A DNA stretch of 64,000 nucleotides, taken from positions 15,035 through 79,034 of the forward strand of contig CAVWHE010000006.1 of the NCBI GenBank assembly GCA_963754845.1. The letters run 5' to 3'. The position numbers and the translations under genes are program-made. Source of the DNA: an uncultured bacterium. Its GTDB lineage: Bacteria; Babelota; Babeliae; Babelales; Vermiphilaceae. The notes beneath the pieces are model-generated. The model did not search any database. It was given only the letters and a program-made list of their open reading frames with translations, and was not told where the DNA came from. Positions 8,401 to 14,922 of this stretch are shown one piece after another. Within the stretch, counting starts at the first letter, position 1. Every line of letters begins with the position of its first letter.

Positions 8401-10237
8401 GTTCTTCGACGGTACCCCCCTGAGCAAAAAGGACGACAGAGCGCGGATTTTCATGCTCGATAACATAGGGCACAAGGAGGCTAAGATCCTCTAAAAACGA
8501 AGGTCCAAAGTAAATGGCATAATCAATTTCGGGCGAACGTAGTCGGGGGTCGGCCGTGAGGGGAAAAAGAACGACAAGCTTGTGCTCCTTAACCAGCTTC
8601 AGACACGTCGCGAAAGCCTGGGGAGCAAAAGGCATGAATATTACGTCTGTGTTATATTTTGTCAGCAGAGTTTGCACGTTTGCCACTGCATTTTCAGCGC
8701 TGTATTGATCATCAAGAACGCGCCAGTTGATCGTCGTATTCGGTAATGTTCCCACTTTACGTGCCTTGTCAAAAACAAATTCCGTAACCTTGCTGATTAC
8801 CGTGCCGTAATTTTGGGCACCACGTGTGAGATCGACACTTGTTCCAAGAGATACGACGCGCTTTTCGGCAGTTACGCGCCCTTCAAGAGAAACTTTCGGA
8901 TGCTGAAGTGTCTTGGTTCCGCGATCTTTGATAACTCTTTCTACTTCTTCGTGACACGCGGCGAGGGACTTCTGGGCCGTGTCAAGTTTTTCCTCAAGAA
9001 CACTTCTTTCTGCCGTGGCGACGTCAATCTGTTCCAGCGTAACGTCGTGCGAACTTTCTGGTTCGCCAGTTGCAAAGTTGAAAGATGCTCGCGGTACGAG
9101 GGGACCATGCCTCCGGATATCTCTGCTGTAGAGCGTCAACGTCCACAAGCGTACACGAGCAGCCGTGTCAATAACGACAAAGGCCTCAGTCAAGAAACGG
9201 CACGCCACGCGATTAAAACCCACGGGACCCGATTCAAGTCTCCAGACTGTCGTTGCCCGCGTTGGATGAGCTACGCGCGCCCCGCTCGCCCGATGTGCCT
9301 GGCGGGTCGAGCAGCGCTCCCCCGTGACGCGAACGACGACGGGCTCGGCTGCCGCCGCGCTTTTCGGTGCCCCTCTTTCTTCGCCATTAACAGGGACAAT
9401 AGTACTATGCTGATCGCCGAAGGAGTCGACGTGCCGTGCTTCGTCAAATTCATAGCTATCAAGAGCTCCGTTGTCGACCTTAACAAGGTCAATGGCATGC
9501 TCGTTGCCAGTCACGGCACAGTAAAGAGCAAGGGGGAAAGTCTCTAAAAAGCGATCAATGATCTCGGAAACCACCGGCACATTAAGGCCACATGCCGTGC
9601 CTGCAATCTCAGTCCCCAGAGTGTTCTTTTTCCACGCTCCCTTTGCCTCCTCGTCGCCCATGATCGCCACAACATTGCTGGGATTTTCTTCCATGAGACG
9701 CGCACCAAGAAGAAGCGTATCAATGCCGTATGCCGAACCGACAAAAGTGTTGCCATTGAAAACTATGTAGACGTTTTTTTGGATTATTTTGAAATCTTTG
9801 TCAATGATTTTTTGTGTAATGAGAATATCAAGGTACCGTACGAGGGACTGAAAGGCTCCATGAAGGCCGGTGATGATGATGAGGCGCGCCCCAGGAACAG
9901 GCCGCAGCACGTAAACATGCTCATTTTCATGGCCAGCGGAAACACGTTTTTCAGTGAGCTTTGCGAGCCTTTTTTCAATAACCGATGGACTCCATAAGCG
10001 CGGAGAAAGACCGATAAATTCAAGCATACGTTCACGGAAATGCGGAGCTCGCCGAACGTACACGTTGCTGAAGTCCGGAGCGGTCCAGTCATCGCCGGCC
10101 GACCAGGGATGTTCATCAAGAGACTCCGCATAGACCTTCACGTCATCAAACGAGCCCCAGAGGGACACGGTTGACAAAGGCGCGACCTCCACCACCTCCG
10201 TGCGGCAGGATACGGCGGCGGCGAGCACGGCAACCAC
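5495..10237 (-). CDS. 1580-aa multidomain protein: degenerate PPP-phosphatase-like module, coiled coil, three tandem type-1 periplasmic-binding (LivK/ANF-receptor-like) domains
   Basis: This is a single uninterrupted ORF. The N-terminal module carries ITGLHG / NGNTFVGS / MGDEEA at the PPP motif positions (nt ~9450-9900). A coiled-coil segment (LEEKLDTAQKSLAACHEEVERV) follows. Then come three ~340-aa repeats at nt ~7800-8865, ~6690-7740 and 5498-6548. Each starts (V/I)xxG(T/C/S)(S/T)(V/L)D(L/F/Y)T, contains LRVLDDGY(D/V)PE(R/Q)AR.NVQEL...Y.T.I.LTP.GSPTL, and ends W(I)(N/D)(F/P)G.G. The start codon as listed is GTG, and MVAVLAAAVSC ends in a lipobox-like AVSC. Confidence 0.8.
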   Translation of the reverse strand: MVAVLAAAVSCRTEVVEVAPLSTVSLWGSFDDVKVYAESLDEHPWSAGDDWTAPDFSNVYVRRAPHFRERMLEFIGLSPRLWSPSVIEKRLAKLTEKRVSAGHENEHVYVLRPVPGARLIIITGLHGAFQSLVRYLDILITQKIIDKDFKIIQKNVYIVFNGNTFVGSAYGIDTLLLGARLMEENPSNVVAIMGDEEAKGAWKKNTLGTEIAGTACGLNVPVVSEIIDRFLETFPLALYCAVTGNEHAIDLVKVDNGALDSYEFDEARHVDSFGDQHSTIVPVNGEERGAPKSAAAAEPVVVRVTGERCSTRQAHRASGARVAHPTRATTVWRLESGPVGFNRVACRFLTEAFVVIDTAARVRLWTLTLYSRDIRRHGPLVPRASFNFATGEPESSHDVTLEQIDVATAERSVLEEKLDTAQKSLAACHEEVERVIKDRGTKTLQHPKVSLEGRVTAEKRVVSLGTSVDLTRGAQNYGTVISKVTEFVFDKARKVGTLPNTTINWRVLDDQYSAENAVANVQTLLTKYNTDVIFMPFAPQAFATCLKLVKEHKLVVLFPLTADPRLRSPEIDYAIYFGPSFLEDLSLLVPYVIEHENPRSVVLFAQGGTVEELTNPISLYFEKKNIPVTKITHEKNDVNFEKQLDAVRNLDFDCVGILSPDVPTRAFLRELPDSLVRGKVFFAPSIFSVDSVRKVIEERGGKLISSIALPDPHYSNLPIIQEYRKDMEEAGVDINQLSLSTYLCARIFIEAVKRIPGPITKGALIKSFESMRTFDFGGMLLDFDNYHHRLSSVLWINFGQGKTVKIDVGRGSDSGISATPRKPGQPKHRETTQEVINVGCTLDFTKSEKIMGTFIKVTLEAYFDDFNKDPRLSHGKKVKLRVLDDGYDPERARANVQELVSSYQTDIVLTPLGSPTLARYVDFVKSGSVTVLFPLCESPIFRAKNFKNIVNFGISSLESGAAMYNFATDLHGQRNKIVVFFEATTPRLLDGIKHKLKDRDPATYATVSYVPTDVNFAAQVQKIKEEDPGILMLFCDVTPAMELLRELGIAFVTGRSLMSAVSFLNVNYFKKYCKDRGIACAFVSTVPDHETCHLPIAQDFEEFALNHGIDQGPVAFQTYISARMFTHLVGMIKGPVTGRTLVEAAEKLKGVDLGGITLTFDPATRRLINKFWIDPGSGPWYEYSLSDSSEHQMSVAPEDKGTKSHAPAQLPLKEGVAVSKEAAKVDREGREVIFVGSTLDYTRHLRAEGILIKTTLETYFSELDRDNVLGARTVRLRVLDDGYVPEQARRNVQELRSTYHTNIILTPVGSPTLQRYLDLVMRGDLIVLFPISESPSYRERLQTNIINFGVSGFEEGAFMYRFVVHNYGPRKAALFYLDAVAYNTDGFKREAAKEGTVTCVDIPYTSADVNFSVHAQKIKNESPDVLVIFGTQTAAKEVIRELGDDFFVRCPLVGGSGFTNTNDLKQYCKDRGIRYSVISLVANPAESPLPIAQDFRKFAERNGIAVDPLAFQAYISARIFTRFIQGIDGKVTNEKIIKAAEACVDVDLGGITLSFNSGRRWLINKIWIDPGKGPWQEYSV

Positions 10238-10496
10238 GAAAATCGTGGGTGGCTGGCCACGTCGTGGCTGGCCACGTCGTGGTGGAACACATAGGGGGGG
10301 CGAAAAAGCTATGTTTAATGCTCTTCATCATGCTACCGACGCTTTTACAAAAACTGCTAGGTTGCGGAGGCATAAAAGCATGCGCACCGCTGCACCTGCG
10401 CAACATCATCCGCTTGCCCACTTCACCGTCAAGTCTTGTATATGCCCACATGAAAAAGCAACAAAAAAATGGGCGGAGCCAAGAGGGCCCTCTGCG

Positions 10497-12827
10497 GGAG
10501 CGCCAGGGGATTGTCCAACTCCCCTTGGATCCACAAAGGCAATAACAGCAAGAGTCCTCTCTGAAGAACGCCCTGCGACAGGGGGAAGGCCCTATGCGGG
10601 AGGCACCAACAGCCTGTTGGATCCTATTTTAAGAGAACCTCTGTGGGAGTGAATGCCCTATGACTGGGGGAAGGCCCTGCGCGGGCGGCGGAATTAATGC
10701 CCTACGCGGGCATGCGCCAAAGGGAGGGTTGCGCCGCCCAACCTCCCTCTGGACTCCCAAGGGCGCCAACAGCCTGTTGGATCCTCTCCCGCGCGGTTAT
10801 CCACGACACGACTTAATGGCTTGCCTTGCAGGGCAAGACAAACCATACGTCGGTCATGGGACGCGCTACCGGAAGCGCGAGGCGCGCACAGACCAAGGGG
10901 TGGTCAACTCCCCTTGGATCCCCAAAGGCAATAACAGCAAGAGTCTCTCTGAAGAATGCCCTGCGACAGGGAGAACGCCCTATGCGGGCGGCGGAATTAA
11001 TGCCCTATGCGGGCGGCACCAAAGGGAGGGTTGCACCACCCAACTCCCCTTGGATCCCAAAGGCAATAACAGCAAGAGTCCTCTCTGAATGCACTATGAT
11101 GGGGAGAACGCCCTATGCGGGCGGCGGAATTAATGCCCTACGCGGGCATGCGCCAAAGGGAGGGTTGCGCCGCCCAACCTCCCTCTGGACTCCCAAGGGC
11201 GCCAACAGCCTGTTGGATCCTCTCCCGCGCGGTTATCCACGACACGACTTAATGGCTTGCCTTGCAGGGCAAGACAAACCATACGTCGGTCATGGGACGC
11301 GCTACCGGAAGCGCGAGGCGCGCACAGACCAAGGGGTGGTCAACTCCCCTTGGATCCCCAAAGGCAATAACACCAAAAGCTTGTTTTGAATGCCCTGCGA
11401 CAGGGAGAACGCCCTATGGCGGGCGGCGGAATTAATGCCCTATGCGGGCGGCACCAAAGGGAGGGTTGCGCCGCCCAACCTCCCTCTGGACTCCCAAGGG
11501 CGCCAACAGCCTGTTGGATCCTCTCCCGCGCGGTTATCCACGACACGACTTAATGGCTTGCCTTGCAGGGCAAGACAAACCATACGTCGGTCATGGGACG
11601 CGCTACCGGAAGCGCGAGGCGCGCACAGACCAATCCCGCGCGTATATCCATGACACGACTTAATGGCTTGCCTTGCAAGGCAAGACAAACCATACGTCGG
11701 CCATGGGACGCGCTACCGGAGGTATACCTGAATGGCGCGCGGTGAGCGCGCGCAGGTTGCCAGCAATTCTATGAAAATTCACGCGAAAATAATCCAAAGC
11801 AACCAGATCGTGGAAAAATATTTTCCGGCAATCGCTGATGTTCTGCACCGGTGTTAGCCGCTTTTATGCAAGAGGTCTGCCTTCTATGAATGTGCCTTGG
11901 TATCATTCCGGTAGCGCGTCCCATGACCGACGTATGGTTTGTCTTGCCCTGCAAGGCAAGCCATTAAGTCGTGTCGTGGATAACCGCGCGGGAGAGGATC
12001 CAACAGGCTGTTGGCGCCCTTGGGAGTCCAGAGGGAGGTTGGGCGGCGCAACCCTCCCTTTGGTGCCGCCCGCATAGGGCGTTCTCCCTGTCGCAGGGCA
12101 TTCAAAACAAGCTTTTGGTGTTATTGCCTGGGGTCTCCAAGGGGAGTTGACCACCCCTTGGTCTGTGCGCGCCTCGCGCTTCCGGTAGCGCGTCCCATGA
12201 CCGACGTATGGTTTGTCTTGCCCTGCAAGGCAAGCCATTAAGTCGTGTCGTGGATAACCGCGCGGGAGAGGATCCAACAGGCTGTTGGCGCCCTTGGGAG
12301 TCCAGAGGGAGGTTGGGCGGCGCAACCCTCCCTTTGGTGCCGCCCGCATAGGGCGTTCTCCCTGTCGCAGGGCATTCAAAACAAGCTTTTGGTGTTATTG
12401 CCTGGGGTCTCCAAGGGGAGTTGACCACCCCTTGGTCTGTGCGCGCCTCGCGCTTCCGGTAGCGCGTCCCATGACCGACGTATGGTTTGTCTTGCCCTGC
12501 AAGGCAAGCCATTAAGTCGTGTCGTGGATAACCGCGCGGGAGAGGATCCAACAGGCTGTTGGCGCCCTTGGGAGTCCAGAGGGAGGTTGGGCGGCGCAAC
12601 CCTCCCTTTGGCGCATGCCCGCGCAGGGCATTAATTCCGCCGCCCGCGCAGGGCCTTCCCCCAGTCATAGGGCATTCACTCCCACAGAGGTTTTCTTAAA
12701 ATAGGATCCAACAGGCTGTTGGTGCCGCCCGCATAGGGCGTTCTCCCTGTCGCAGGGCATTCAAAACAAGCTTTTGGTGTTATTGTCTGGGGATCCAAGG
12801 GGAGTTCGGACAATCCCCTGGCGCTCC
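10497..12827. repeat. 2.3-kb composite imperfect palindrome (mosaic of GC-rich hairpin modules in tandem units); non-coding
   Basis: The left arm (10497-11720) and right arm (11907-12827) are reverse complements, and their outer and inner ends match. The marker CTTAATGGCTTGCC occurs at 10812, 11248, 11549 and 11659 on the plus strand. Its complement occurs at 11960, 12234 and 12508. Confidence 0.85.
11908..12455. repeat. Two exact-period 274-bp tandem units of the right arm (a third, variant unit starts at 12456)
   Basis: CCGGTAGCGCGTCCCATGACCGACG recurs at 11908, 12182 and 12456. Identical 76-aa phantom ORFs appear at 12011..12241 and 12285..12515. Confidence 0.85.
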
Positions 12828-12873
12828 CCGTCATAGTGCATGTTAGCGATAAGGAACATTTAATGTGTGACCA

Positions 12874-14598
12874 CTATACAGTACAACGCAACGCTGCTTG
12901 CCAAACGGCAACATCAGGGTACGCACTGCCCGCGCTCGCCGATCCTGCTGCGCAGTACACGCAATCACCTGAACACGCGCACCAGTCGACGGCGTTAACA
13001 GCACTATTAAACTGCGCCCCTGCGATGGCCTTCAAAACGTGCTCATGCGGGGCCCGTTCATAGATGATAACGTTGGCCTGCTGTCCGAGCGCGTTGTCTA
13101 AAATTCCGGCAGCGGCCAGATATTTACACGGACAGCTCGGGTACCAAGCGACGCTCTTGATGCTTTTAAGACCATTTGCAGCCATCGTTGCACTTGCAAA
13201 CTCTTTGAGCCCAAGATCATTGGCCAGAGCGTAAAGAACGACGTTTTTCCCCTGCGTATTTGCCGGCGTGCAACCAACGGCAAGAATGGGCATATTCGGG
13301 CACGTGGCACCGGGACAGCACCAGGAAAGCATGTTGACAGCCCCGGAACAGCACCGTTGGGCAATCGGGCTCGGTTGCCCGATATCGGAGGCCGCTGCAT
13401 CGGTAAAGGCGTACACAAAGATGACGGGATTGGCGCACACGGGGACCCGTTTAACACGGCACGGCGCAGAACCAGAACGGTCGCCATCGACCGACCTGCC
13501 GGTGCTCGTTGTAGCGACAGGTGAAACATTTTGAAAAAAGTGTTGGCAACACGGCCACGTTGAGCCGTTGGAACAACATAGAGTTTGATTGGACTGGCAG
13601 TAGGCCATATTGGCACAGTTGCAGCACGGTCCGCCCGGCCCTGACGGCGTGCAGCACGCCGCGCTGTTGGTCGTGCAGTAATCGTTATGTGAACAAAGAC
13701 ACGCAAGAGTCTCCTGACACGCAGGATTGCTGCAGTTGGGAGTTTCAGGGTCGCACGGCGTGCCGCCGGCTGCTAATAAGGGCGGGTATCCCGCTCTGCA
13801 GCACCACGACAGCGCCATAACCGTGACGGGGGTCTGAAGAGAGTACGTCGGATCGTCAGAAATGCAGGACTCGGAGTTGTTATAAGGGGGGCCGTAAAAG
13901 GAGAGAACGCGCGCTGTTGCTCCGTCAGTTCCTGCTGTTCCCCCGATGGCCAGGCAAGCGAGGTCAATGGCATCGTCGGTGATATCGGGGACGTACGCAC
14001 CGCACGACCTACAAAGCCACGCGAGAGAATACAGAGGAGCTCCGTGAGTATAGCCGGTAACGCAGTCAAAAGCGAGATCGCCCCCTAGCGTATCAAGCAC
14101 ATATACGAGCACATCGCCCGTGGCACCGCTGCCGAACGACCCGTCGGTAAGGTTGGAACCGGCAACGGCAAGATAGTACAGGTCATCGCCAGCGTAACAC
14201 CAGGCAAGGGCGTTGACAGTATTTCCCGTAGCAATTGTCAGCGCCACATCCAAGCTCCCGGTATCTGTATCGATCGTATAAATACGCACCGTTGCCCCAT
14301 CGATGGGACTTTGAACACCACCGATAGCGAGCGCACAAAAACTCATACCGGTATCGTCGAAAAAAGCGTTGGCCGGGCAACACCAGGCGACAGCATTCAC
14401 GTCGGCACCGTGTATCTCATTGTATTTATAAAGGAGGCTCCCTGAATGGCCGCAGGAACGTGAAAGCAGCTTTGGAGCAGCGCTGTCCAACGGAGTGCCG
14501 GCCCAAAAATACGTTGGTACAAGAGAGAGCAAAACTATCGCGTAACAAAAACCGACACCTAAAGACGCTGAAACCGAACCGTGCTTTCTGAAAACCAT
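12874..14598 (-). CDS. Cys-rich seven-bladed WD40-like beta-propeller protein with N-terminal signal/anchor and a ~75-aa Cys-knot insertion
   Basis: The ORF runs 12874..14628. The likely start is ATG 14598 (MVFRKHGSVSASLGVGFCYAIVLLSLV). Seven spaced copies of V.a.aWC......lA.gG are present: VNAVAWCC, VNALAWCY, LYSLAWLC, VMALSWCC, VNMLSWCC, IKSVAWYPSC, VNAVDWCAC. Between blades 4 and 5 lies the insertion CDPETPNCSNPACQETLACLCSHNDYCTTNSAACCTPSGPGGPCCNCANMAYCQSNQTLCCSNGSTWPCCQ. Confidence 0.6.
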   Translation of the reverse strand: MVFRKHGSVSASLGVGFCYAIVLLSLVPTYFWAGTPLDSAAPKLLSRSCGHSGSLLYKYNEIHGADVNAVAWCCPANAFFDDTGMSFCALAIGGVQSPIDGATVRIYTIDTDTGSLDVALTIATGNTVNALAWCYAGDDLYYLAVAGSNLTDGSFGSGATGDVLVYVLDTLGGDLAFDCVTGYTHGAPLYSLAWLCRSCGAYVPDITDDAIDLACLAIGGTAGTDGATARVLSFYGPPYNNSESCISDDPTYSLQTPVTVMALSWCCRAGYPPLLAAGGTPCDPETPNCSNPACQETLACLCSHNDYCTTNSAACCTPSGPGGPCCNCANMAYCQSNQTLCCSNGSTWPCCQHFFQNVSPVATTSTGRSVDGDRSGSAPCRVKRVPVCANPVIFVYAFTDAAASDIGQPSPIAQRCCSGAVNMLSWCCPGATCPNMPILAVGCTPANTQGKNVVLYALANDLGLKEFASATMAANGLKSIKSVAWYPSCPCKYLAAAGILDNALGQQANVIIYERAPHEHVLKAIAGAQFNSAVNAVDWCACSGDCVYCAAGSASAGSAYPDVAVWQAALRCTV

Positions 14599-14922
14599 AA
14601 CGTTGCCCTCTTTTTGAGGCGGTGGCAATCACGTGCTTCTTTTTCAAAAACAACAATCGCCGCACTCCGTTTTACGCTTCTCCATATGAGCTTGCGTGCC
14701 CAGACATGCCAAAAGAACCACCATCATCAGGATATGGCTTCCGGCCTTACCTTTATCAACGTAGTTTTGAAGTGCCATGGCATGGATCCCTTTTTTTGCA
14801 CGTCATCGTTAATTTTGGAACCTCGCGTATCTGCACTGTTATCACGATATCACAACGCCCAAGCACACCGAAACACTTAACTTTTAAGCGATGGGATTTT
14901 TGGCTTAAACAACGAGAATTTT

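Noticed and set aside
8813-9547. 244-aa plus-strand ORF; likewise 39213..39935, 27109..27915 (minus), 26398..26958 (minus), 15882..16460 and 41530..42111 (minus)
   Set aside because: Each lies antisense to, or out of frame within, a long ORF with strong family signatures (the 1580-aa protein, pepA, the MFP/permease genes, potD/GT, kup). None shows motifs of its own.
10660-12668. Several 140-190-aa ORFs inside the repeat region (10660..11088, 10826..11389, 11903..12379, 12102..12668 and shorter ones), some giving identical peptides on opposite strands
   Set aside because: They are by-products of the inverted/tandem DNA repeats. The same peptide appears on both strands only because the arms are reverse complements. 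The sequences are Gly/Pro/Arg-rich translations of GC-rich hairpins. They have no start context and no recognisable domain.
10497-12827. CRISPR array hypothesis for the repeat region
   Set aside because: There is no short constant repeat alternating with unique spacers. The repeated unit is 274-436 bp, whole units recur, and the two halves are inverted. No cas genes are nearby.
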